This document shows positions 10,301-20,000 of a stretch of 20,000 nucleotides of DNA, in pieces. The DNA comes from Catajapyx aquilonaris (taxonomy: Eukaryota). Both the position numbers and the translations under genes were made by a program. Location: positions 46,468 to 66,467 of the forward strand of contig JYFJ02001928.1 of assembly GCA_000934665.2 (NCBI GenBank), in the 5' to 3' direction. Under the pieces are notes generated by a model. It did not search any database. It worked only from the letters and a program-made list of their open reading frames with translations, and was not told the DNA's origin. How positions within the stretch are numbered: the stretch's first letter is position 1; each line of letters starts with the position of its first letter.

Positions 10301-12118
10301 TTGGAACAGCAAGATTGACCTAGTATGTGACGCTACACGACGCGCACTGGAGACGGTAAATCCAGACAAATACATGCTTCCCATCCTGACCTCGCATGTG
10401 AAGAAGGCAAAGCCAGAGCTTGATGCTGCCTTGCTGCGGATAAAGTCTCTGAAGGAATCGGCTGGTTACAGCACTACACCTGATGAGTGCTTGCTGTACC
10501 TCTCATTGTTGGTGGATGTCAACGAGCTGTATGATGTTGCTCTTGGAACGTATGACTTTGATTTGGTTCTGATGGTGGCGCAGAGATCACAAAAGGATCC
10601 TAAAGAATACCTGCCATTTTTGAACTCTTTGAAACAAATGGAACCTGAGTATTGCCGATACACTATTGATGTTCACATTCATCGGTATGACTCAGCATTG
10701 GTGCACATCAGTCGATGCAAGACCAAATTTGACGAGTGTTTACAGTTGGTCAAGTCGTACAGGCTGTACGCTCAGGCAGTGAAGCTTTTTGAGCGTGGTA
10801 CCGCAGAATACAATGCGATTTGTAAGGCGCATGGGGAACATCTGAGAAGTATTGGACGCCACTGTGATGCAGGACTGGCTTTTGAACGTGCTGGAGAACT
10901 GCAGGCCGCACTCGAGGCATACACTGCTGCAGCGGAATGGAGACAATGTTGCATCATTGCCGAGAAGCTTGGGTTGAGCCTTGCCAATTGCCAGCGAACG
11001 TATTTGCAACTTGCAGCAAAGTTGAAGTCTAACGGGCGGTAAGATCTAGTCAGATATCACTCTGCATTTCTATGAAAGATCCTCAAGCACTTGTACTTAT
11101 TTCTCGTTAGGAATATTGATGCAGCACGTCTACAGGAGGAGTACCTTAAAGACGAGGAGGAGAGCATAGCTTGCCTGCTTGAGGGACAAGCTTGGGAGGA
11201 AGCCGTGAGGGTGGCGTCAAAGTATGGTCGACTTGACCTTCTGAAGACGCACGTGGACCCGCAGGTCATGGACAGGTATCACAGCGTCGCAGAAGGGCTG
11301 CAAGACATGAAGGAATCCTTCCTCAAATATGCTGACAGACTAATCGTTGTGAGGGAAGCTGCCGAGAAGGAGATGCTGGAGCTGGCAGGTAATGGATTAA
11401 AATCTCGTATGCTATTCACATTGCTGAGTGGTATTACAAGTTAACCTTCAGGTTATTTTATATTTTCACAGAACAAAACGTAGAGCTTGTGGATGACATC
11501 TATTCCGACACAAGCAGCATTGCAGGATTATCTGATTTGAGTGGTGTTTCTCGCACAAACTCACGGGTGTCCAGGTGAGCCTGCTTGCCATTGTACGAAT
11601 GCGTCCAGTTGATTAAGACTTTCCTCATCCCAAGCCGTACCTACCAGTCGAGCAAGAGCAAGCGCAAGAGAGAGCGCAAGAAGCTGAGCCTGAAGGAAGG
11701 CAGTCCGTACGAAGACTTAGCGCTAATGGCCGCCCTACACCAGCTGGTTGCAAAAGCGGATGGCATGAAGAACGACGTCGGCTTACTCTGTAGAGCCCTG
11801 GTACGAATCCAGAGAGAGGCAGAGGCAGAAAGCCTTCAAGGCGAAATGGAGTTGCTCCTGAAAGAGATGGTCAGCCGGAAAGAAGTGATTTGGTCCAGTC
11901 AGGAGACACAATTTGGACCTGAGCACACGACCAATGCCATTGTCGACAAGATGAGGCAACGTAATCCTGAAGCTTCTCTTGATTTTGGTGAGTACGCAAC
12001 ATGTGATCTCCACTTGCAGCAATGACGAGTCATTATCCGCCTTTTTGCAGATCCAGCGTACTTGAGGCCGCCAAAAATTCAGGATGATGTTGACTGGAAG
12101 TTAAGCATCTTCAGTTGA
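7316..12118 (+). CDS. ELP1: Elongator complex protein 1 (IKAP/IKI3 family), complete 10-exon CDS, 1266 aa
   Basis: Exons 7316-7457, 7930-8437, 8498-9708, 9762-9933, 10016-10174, 10232-11038, 11111-11388, 11472-11574, 11635-11987, 12051-12118. All introns are GT-AG with matching phases; total 3801 nt ending in TGA. ELP1 motifs: MRNL start, WSPDEE, GWGKKETQFHGSEGK, ITWRGDGQ, WRPSG, FYEKNGLRHGEF, NYYWYLKQE, VLQMPRGNLE, ALGTYDFDLVLMVAQRSQKDPKEYLPFL, SDTSS, basic KSKRKRERKKLSLKEGS, C-terminal PPKI..WKLS. Confidence 0.97.
7638..7757. repeat. 26-bp AT-rich minisatellite in ELP1 intron 1 (about 4.5 copies)
   Basis: Unit atattaacatt(t/c)aaatagta(t/c)nngat starting at 7638, 7664, 7690 and 7716, plus a partial copy. 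Confidence 0.9.
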
Positions 12119-12158
12119 TGGCATGCAAAAATTGAGCCATATATTACCACCAAATCCA

Positions 12159-12164
12159 TTTATT
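12159..12164 (-). other. Candidate polyadenylation signal (AATAAA) of the DGCR2-like gene
   Basis: tttatt on the + strand, 40 nt past the ELP1 stop; implies a 3'UTR of about 1.5 kb. Confidence 0.45.
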
Positions 12165-13659
12165 GGAACAAGGGATTATTATTATCACAATACAAGTTTT
12201 ACATTTAAAAAAAATTAATGGTTTTTTTTAATGGGGAGGAGGGGGGGTATTCAAATGCATTAGGAAACTGACCTACAGAGAAAATATCAGTGAACAGGTG
12301 ACACTTATTGCACGTCTTTCACTCAATATGTATCTGTCATTTTTATTTAGAAAATTCCAACCCATGTCCCCGACTCGGGGAAGTGCAGTCTATTAAATGC
12401 ATAACTATCTCCGATAGACTTGGAAACCCAATATGCGCATACATTCTCACAAACACACGTGACCAGATATGCAACGTCACATTACTGAGTTGTGTATGGA
12501 AAAAATTGGGGGTACTTAAAATCTCGACAGACTAAACAATTGGGGGCGGGGGCAGGGAAATACATGGGGTTGGAAGATGAGATAAATGCAACACGCTTGT
12601 GATGTGAATTCACATACGCACAATGACATGCACACGTTCATTTGATCCTCCCCCTTTGTTCGAGCAAAAGCACATAAAACTTCCGCATAGCTTGCTTTGC
12701 CTGGTCCGCTACTACCAGCCCTTTTTTGTATACTATTAATCTCCCTTAAATATTCCGGGATGTCGTTTATATTCTTCTCTAATTCCCTGGTCCCACTGAG
12801 ATTCACTGAAGGCGACTCCTGTTGAGATTCCCACATTAAATCAAAAAGATCTGGGCAATTACAATGAGCAAGTTAAACTAAATAAACGCAAAATGCACTA
12901 TCATTATAATATCAGGGACTATGTTAAATGCTTCAAGTCCTCTCGTAATGGAAGTCAGATCTATCGATGTTAGCCGCTACCCTGATAATAATTACAGAAA
13001 TTACAAGTACGCAAATGTACATAGCATTTCTACATGCTGATATTATTACAAAACATCTGTGGTAACAAAAGTGGTCTGGCAAGAAATACAAATGAAGTAA
13101 ATGCAGCGCAATAATGACAGAAATACTTGTAAAATATTATGGGCGTCTGAAATGCCTCGCTGGAATGAAACCGGGAACTGCCTATAAACTTTTCAAGACA
13201 CGAGACACCAACACTCACCTCAACCACAAGACCTTTGACACCAGACATTTATAAAACCAAAGTGCGCAAAAACCAGTCGCCAGTGCAGGAAAAATTCGCA
13301 GATTATTATTATTTTTTTACCCTGGGATCAAATCACCAACGCCGTTCGCTTTGTATGTACACCACACACTCACTTGCACACATACACACACACACGTACA
13401 TTCTGCCATATGTGCATCAGACTTGGGAGATAAGGATGGGGGTTTTTCTTCAGAAAAAAGTGATGACACAGATTAACTGGGGGGGTTACCGGTACTGTTA
13501 TTATTTTTTTTGTGGAAAAGTGTCCTCTCTTGAGCAAAATGGGATGCCTCACTTTCGAAAGGTCAAATCCGACCTAACAAGGATTAAAATGAGATGGTGT
13601 TTCAAAAACAGGATATCCCATTTTGCAAACTTTAGCTGCTCTTGTCTTTTCCGTTAAGC

Positions 13660-15624
13660 TTAGATGTGAGTATTGATGTCTGAAGAGGTATCAGAGGAAG
13701 AGGAAGATGAAGGACTTGCGGTTCGTCTTTCTGGGCTTAAGGTGAGGCTTGAGCTGCTGGAGTCGGACCAGTCTAGAACCAGCTGGAGGGAAAAGCGCTG
13801 GACAGCCGCCTCTCGGGCACCACCCGACAGAAGAGCTCCCTCTCTAGATAAAGAGAAAAGCAAGCTCAACATCTCGTTGCGAACATGACAGCATGTGGCA
13901 GTTATTCCTGAACGCTTCCAACAAAGGCACAACACTTGACATTTTGCCAAATTCATATCAACAATGTTCTCTTTGCCTTGAGCCTTCAAGATGCTGCAAA
14001 AGAAAAGAGAGATCCATAAGATGTGAGGCCTACCTACCTGTGCCTCCTGGCCTGACTGGGAAGAGTGAGGCTGGTTCTGTACCCATGTGCCACGCTTCCA
14101 GCTAGGCCCCCTGCCCTGCCCCCAGGTGGTCTGCGATGCAACGTCATTGTCTCGTGCGGAGTTATGTTGGGCTCGTCCAGGTAGCGGCTACCCCTAGCTG
14201 ACTTGCAGTTCTCGCATTCTGAGCGGTAGTCATCGTTGTCATCCACGCAACTGCAGTTGCTCTTGTTCAAGTCGTTCATGGCAGTTAGGTTGGTGGACGT
14301 CGATGGTAAAGGGGCAGGAGAACTGTTTGCGAGGACAGATGGAGGCGGCGGGATCTGAGTTGGCAGTGGGGGTGGCAGTGGGGTTGTGGAAAGAAGTGGC
14401 GAAGGAGCGGCTGCACCCTCGGGTGTAGTTGCGGCTGGGTCTGGAAGCAGTGATGAAGCTTCACCAGCCAAAGGAGCCGGGGCAGCATGAACCACTAGGA
14501 AACCATTTATTATTATTATCCTGCATCAAAAGACCATTTGTTTGAATAGTTTGAACATCACATCGCACCTGCAGTGGCACCGGATGACTCCTCAATAAAT
14601 GCCACAGTCGTCGTCGGTACTGCGGCTGGTTGGTTTGCAGCGGCACCCTCCACAGCCGCTGCCTCCTCCGTTCCTGCGGCACCCACCTCAGCCGCTGCCC
14701 CTTCAACACTAGCACATGCTGGTGCTGCCGCTTGAGCAGCTGCTGCTTCCGCCTGGGCCGCAGCCACAGCCTCTTCATAAGGCGGTGGAGCTTCCCCTCT
14801 AGGGAAATAGTTTTCTGGCGGTTTCCACCAGGAGTAATGCGAGGAGGGCTCATCATAAAGGAAGTCAACCCTTTCCTGCCCCTGCAAGCAAGTGACGCTC
14901 CCAGGCAGATATCCAATACTGCCTGTGATGTACCCGACACTCCCTAAGCTCCGCTGATCCTCATGAAGCTGGCGGTTTTGACGCCCCCGAATGCGCCGCT
15001 GCCTCAGGCGATGGATCAGGAAAAACAGGAGTGACAAGGACAGGATAGCGGTCACCCCACTGGCCACCAAGCGCAGACCCAAGTCCGCAGTACTGTCGCC
15101 GTTACCCCCATCCGAAGTAGGCGGTACAGGCAGGGTGTTGTCGAGGCAGATAAATTCGCAGCAGAAGTTTCCCATAATAAACGTCTTGCAATCCTACGCA
15201 AATGGAACAATTAGACTATGCCGCTTCGGTTTGAACATGAGGAATACCTGAGGCGGTGAGCAGAGGACAGCCTTGCAGAGCTTGGGGCCGCCATTGTCAC
15301 AAACGCAGAGGGTGCAGGCGTCAGGCCCCGGGACGTAGTGGATCCCATGTGGAATGCGACGGCCGTGAAGGTCCGTGCACTCACCAGTCGACACCGCTTC
15401 TGCAATGGAAAACGGCAAGGGTGCAATTATAGTGTACGTCGACGGACTGCGACCGGACTTCACTTGCGGCTTAACCCCTCTGAAAATGTTAAGTAAGTCC
15501 TCCATGGTGCTGCCCCGTGTAACGTACCAGCGAGGGCCATGAAGACGTGTCCTCCTCCTCCGAGAAGGGTCAGGCCTAGGCTGCAGCTGGCCAGGAGGGA
15601 GCTGCCACCAGCTCCAGCGCTCAT
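13660..15624 (-). CDS. DGCR2: Integral membrane protein DGCR2/IDD-like: signal peptide, one VWC domain, TM helix, PPxY-containing low-complexity tail
   Basis: Exons 15624-15528 (MSAGAGGSSLLASCSLGLTLL..MALA), 15399-15248 (CTDLHG..GPDACTLCVCDNGGPKLCKAVLCSPPQ), 15193-14569 (DCKTF..CCEFICLD; TM LGLRLVASGVTAILSLSLLFFLIH followed by RLRQRR; APPPYEEA), 14494-14038 (DYRSECENC), and a last exon starting at 13843 (504 aa) or 13993 (554 aa) and ending at TAA 13660. All junctions are GT-AG and in phase. An in-frame TGA upstream (15762-15760) supports ATG 15624 as the start. Confidence 0.85.
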
Positions 15625-16686
15625 CCCCTGCCGCTGCTGGCCCTCCCTGATCCGGCCCTCCTCCACATCCGACCGAGGGGCCGCCCCTAGATCAGGCCCT
15701 GGGGCCAACCACACTTGGGATGACGAGGGAGGCCCCGAACAACAAGGCCGAATATCCCTTCATGACTGATTGATTATTAGCCAATTACTTGTTGTTGCCA
15801 GGTTCATGACGGGTGCCAGGTACGAGACTCATTTTTTAATTAGATAAAATGTGGGGGTAATTAGATGGGTGATTAGGCGTCTTGTTTGGTTTGTTTCAAT
15901 TGTTCTAATTCAATTGTTGCGTTCGATTTTATTTGATGGATTTTAGTGATTCTGCGGATGTGGTTCTGGGATTGGCCGCACGTGTGCTGCGGCGCTGTTA
16001 CGCACCTTCAATGAGCGCGTGATTCAAATAATGTTTTGTGTAATTGTATGTGCCTGTCAACAGATATGCATTGCGCACACATACCTGACTGGACAGCTTC
16101 CACACTTAACCAAGAAGCTAGAAAATAACTACCATACACTCGCAGTACTGCACACATACACAGCCGACACACAATTTGGCATGACGGGGCAAGACTAATA
16201 AAAAGTCATGAAATGCACTTACAGCACAGTGTATGTGCAATAAAAATGGGTAATATTTTGCATGTTCATTTTTTAATACCCTTACATGAAAATACAGTAC
16301 TTGTACATGACTGGTTCATGTTGACCAGTCCCTATTTGAAAATGTTGTCCCTGTTAACAATTCATAAATGCATACAAATATTGGTGGCGGGAACTACAGT
16401 ATTTGACCATCATTTAAATGCCCTGCAGAGTATTCATGTTTTTCTTCTTAGATGTCGGCTCCTATTCGCAATTTATTACGCTGGACAGTTCAGCGTATGT
16501 AACAATGAAATGGAAAGGGGGAAGAAGGCAGGGTTGTCATTTAAGGCAGTATCACTATACGTACAAATTGTTGCTCTGGCAGAGAAACGAGTTAAACATA
16601 ACCAGAAAAAAAATGAGTTCATGGAAATGCCCTCACATTCACCAAGTACAAAATGAGTATTATTCCAAAAGCTCCATGAACGTGCT

Positions 16687-18096
16687 CTATGAAGAACTGT
16701 TCTGAGCTCTAAGTTCTTCTTTCAGCTTTTCTACCTGGGCCTCTGCCCGGTGCTTGCTTTCCATAGTTGCTTTATGTCGCTTCCTCAGCATGTCAACAAG
16801 TGCTTTCTGCCTCGGGGTAAGATCGAGAAAAATGTGTTTTGGATCTACGTTCTTCTTCTGTCGGCCCTTCCTTTGGACCAATGTTTTTCTGAGACGTTTG
16901 CATGGTTCACATCGCTTACTGCCGTCCACTATCAATGCGCACATCTTGTGCCTCCTGTTACCAAGGCTGTCCGTGAAAGATATAGCAGAGTCAATATCCT
17001 CAAGCTCTCCAGGCAGCAAATTCCCTTCACAAACACTGACTTTGTCGAGTTGGTAAATTAATGTGTCCAACTGTTTATATGATTGGAGTGTGTCGCAAGG
17101 AATACCTAACTTTTCAGTGTCTAGGGGCATACCTAGAACACTGCATGTAATATTTCCCATTTCAGTGACCAGTAATTTCTTGTAGAAAGTAAGTCCAGGG
17201 TAACTAGCATCTCCTTTAGTGACAAACTGAGCATAAAACACACTGCGAGGTCCCTTCACAGGAACAATGCGATTCCAAGAAAATGGGAGCTTAACTGCTT
17301 CGGCATTTTTGTAAAGTTGTATAAACAGAGGCGACACCCTCCCAACAACCACTTCTTCATTGTTTGCACTGTCAGGTGGCACATCAGTTACGTCTTCAAC
17401 AACTGAAACAGCATCTCTAATTTCATCTGCTGTATATGCACGATCTGTCAATGGCAAGGCAAGAGCATTGTACTCATCTTCAATGACTTCAACTTCATAC
17501 TTGAATGGTAGGTCCACAGGTGCATGGGCTGGCAATGGGCTGGCATGGCTCACACTGGCATTGGAACTCAGACTTTCATCTTCTACAATTGCATACACAG
17601 GGGTTGAAGAGTTGCCTTCGGGAGCCTTAACATATGAATGGTCGCGTGATGATCCAGGAGCAGATGACTCATTACGGTCCTGTGAGTGTAACTTTTTCTT
17701 CTTTTCCCCGTCCTCTGCTCCACTGCTTGGCCTCTTCTTACTTTGCAATTTCTTGTGCGAAGATTCGGGCCACAACTGGGGTACAGCACCAGCACGGAGT
17801 CGTGGGTGACTGTACGCAGCCTAGGGCCAAAACGGAGTAAGCAATCAATAGCATTAAATGAATCAGAAACTTACCTCACAGACAGTAACGCCATCCGAGT
17901 TCTTCATGATCAGCTTCCTTACGATATCTTCTTCTAGAAAATGTACCTCACAAAGCCAATGACGAGCTGGTGACAGAACCACATTTGTTCGGGGGAGCAC
18001 AGCCTGCCACTGGGCAAGTCTTTCCGGATCTTTCGGTGCACTGAACATGGACCTTGTTTTGGGCTGCCTCCCACACATCACACATCCATGCGGCAT
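16687..18096 (-). CDS. THAP zinc-finger protein (451 aa), similar to the N-terminal half of P-element/THAP9-type transposases; no catalytic domain
   Basis: Exon 18096-17875 (MPHGCVMC..FSAPKDPERLAQW..LCEVHF), a 54-nt GT-AG phase-0 intron, then exon 17820-16687 (AAYSHPRLRAGAVPQLWP, the THAP AVP box). Downstream come a bipartite NLS-like KKRP..KKKK, DHSY, an acidic linker, a C..H..C..CxxC module and a basic coiled-coil-like end before TAG. An acceptor ttttattgcag ending at 18106 implies an upstream 5'UTR exon. Confidence 0.88.
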
Positions 18097-18330
18097 TTTG
18101 TTAACCTGCAATAAAAATCACAGTTGACATGATGTGGTGAAATACAAGGAGTCCCCGGTCTACGAACAGGGTTACGTTCCTGAAAATATCCACAAGTCCA
18201 ATTTGTATGTAACATGGATCAGAACATATAGTATGCAGTGTAAAGATGCTCCTCCAAGAAACTGATTGTTTTTTCACATGCACGGAAGAACGTAGTATCC
18301 TAATATTCATTATAGTTTATACAGTATTTA

Positions 18331-18557
18331 CGTTGACCGAAACAGGTAAGGCGTCCGACTGCTAATCGGGAGGTCCTGGGTTCGAATTCTGGGGCCGGCA
18401 ACCCTGACCGTGGTTTTCTGTGGTTTTCCACGGTCTTTCTAGGATAATTCCGCAGTCACTTCCGTATAATAGACCACAGCCGCTTCCTTCCTTCCCTATC
18501 CTTGGAGGTTGAAAGGCAATGCTGGGCCAACCTCCCTAATATCAATCAATTAAAAAC
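18331..18557 (+). mobile_element. tRNA-derived SINE (tRNA-Ser(GCT)-like head), degenerate or 5'-truncated
   Basis: ggtaaggcg-tccga-ctgctaa-tcggg forms an anticodon stem-loop with GCT, followed by B box ggttcgaatt. The body (gtggttttctgtggttttcca...gaccacagccgcttccttcc) resembles the conserved core of insect tRNA-SINEs, and the tail is A-rich. Possible TSD tattta(c/t)gttga at 18325-18336 and 18558-18569. Confidence 0.8.
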
Positions 18558-18980
18558 TATTTATGTTGAACTTGGTGTCGGTCAACGTATGCAGAAGTGA
18601 CTGAAAGTGGAGGGACAATTTATTACAAAAACTATCCTTCTGGGGAACCTTTGGAGCCCATTTGTAAGTATAGATCGCTGTAAGTCAGGTCATTGGTAAA
18701 CCGGGGACTACCTGTACTGCTAGCAAACAGGTCTTGGCTGCTTTACCACAACTGCAACAGTCACTGTGAGCGTCTCACACCTTCTTTTAACTAGAATGCC
18801 TGCAGTAGTCAGTAATTTTTTGGCTCCACGCAGCAGGGTACTTAGTAGTTTATTTTAACCGTCTATGAAAATAAGTATTAGCTGCTGATATTAGCCCACA
18901 TTTCAAGCTCTGAACTGCGATTAACATCTGATTGGGAAAGGCTCATTTGGAACAATTGAAACGTTAGACAGAACCAATTT

Positions 18981-19104
18981 GGGTGGAATTTTTCGTCGTA
19001 CTACTAGTTACTGCTAACTCAGCAGTACCATTCGTCGGTACCATTGCACTACACTGGTAATGCTAAGTTAGCAGTAACTAAGTAGTACAACGAAAACTTC
19101 ACCC
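18981..19104. mobile_element. MITE-like element with about 50-bp inverted arms and GGG..CCC termini
   Basis: gggtggaatttttcgtcgtactactagttactgctaactcagcagtacca (18981-19030) versus the reverse complement of 19055-19104, gggtgaagttttcgttgtactacttagttactgctaacttagcattacca. Confidence 0.85.
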
Positions 19105-20000
19105 ATTGTCTGCAGGCCATAGTAAAATTCATAGCTATCTGTTAACTCCCAAAGTTAACATTCTAAAAGCAACTTTTGGCTAATATCAAGAGTAAATGCT
19201 AATATCCTTTAGCGCCATGGTTCCACTAAAGCCTTTTTCGTGCCAATGTACCTGTAAATGTGAGGCTGCTGGTTACATAACCTACCAAATATATTACTTC
19301 CCGTTGTGGAAATTATCCTCAAAGGCTAGAGAGTGAGAGTTTTGAAAGCGTTCCTTTTTCGAACAGGCACACGTACTATGGTACTACTTGTGCACGCATA
19401 ATTTCATTATCCACATAGGCTGGCGAGCCGATGCCGAATCCAAGAGCTTCAGCAAAATGCCGCCAGGTGGCTGCAAATAAAAAAGGACAAAATGCGGGTT
19501 TTGCGATGGCGCGCGTTGCACATACTTATAATTTTAACAGAAACCATTTAGCCCGCTATTATGGGCAGCATATTGACCATAATAATAAAACATAATAATT
19601 ATTATTATGTCTTTGCGCGGCAGATTTGAATGCGCCAAGACTAATTTCCTTCTTACTCCTCCTGCAACGCGGGTTTCGGTGCAACAAACGGTCATGTCAT
19701 TGGTGACCCAAGGTGATGCCATGCCCACGTGATGTCCAGGTGATGCCATGTTAATATTCAGGTCACATAACGCCCGGTGGAAATAATAAAACATGCGGCC
19801 CTTACCAAAATTAATTTCCGAACACCTCGATGTCGTGTTTGCAGCGCACCATCGCAGGCAGACCCACTTTATATTGCTGTAAAAGGCAGAGGAACTTTAA
19901 CATATGATTTGCAACATTTTTCCAATAATATCTTTATTTTCTTACTCTTAATGGCCCACCGAAACATTTGAATCAATGCATGTAGATAAGGAGTGTGGCC

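Noticed and set aside
11441..11471. Upstream acceptor ccttcag at 11451 for ELP1 exon 8
   Set aside because: It shifts the frame and loses the conserved SDTSS segment.
14495..14520. Acceptor gatgcag (exon start 14520) in the DGCR2-like gene
   Set aside because: Gives an immediate TAA in phase 1; exon start 14494 is in frame.
16213..16705. Transposase catalytic-domain remnant downstream of the THAP ORF
   Set aside because: The reading frame hits another stop within a few codons and I see no P-element core motifs; the + strand ORFs here look spurious.
18331..18400. Functional tRNA-Ser gene
   Set aside because: No acceptor stem, no long variable arm, degenerate A box, and it continues into a SINE body.

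Overview
Eukaryotic genomic DNA with short GT-AG introns, most likely from an arthropod or insect (inferred from gene content and SINE type). Four protein-coding genes can be built by hand from splice signals. (1) A complete 10-coding-exon Elongator complex protein 1 gene (ELP1/IKBKAP, + strand, 7316-12118, 1266 aa). (2) A convergent DGCR2/IDD-like VWC-domain type-I membrane protein gene (- strand, 15624-13660). (3) A 451-aa THAP zinc-finger gene (- strand, 18096-16687) resembling the N-terminal half of a P-element-type transposase, with no catalytic domain but an HCF-1-binding motif. (4) A small gene missed by the ORF track (- strand, exons 5231-5060, 4882-4771, 3270-3187) encoding a Cys-containing protein of no family I recognise, with a GPI-type C-terminal signal, a polyproline tract coded by a poly-C run across an N gap, and a possible stop-containing alternative exon giving a soluble form. 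Non-coding parts hold three palindromic MITE/foldback-like elements, a tRNA-Ser-derived SINE, a 26-bp minisatellite and a short dispersed repeat. All homology calls come from recognition of motifs, not from database searches.
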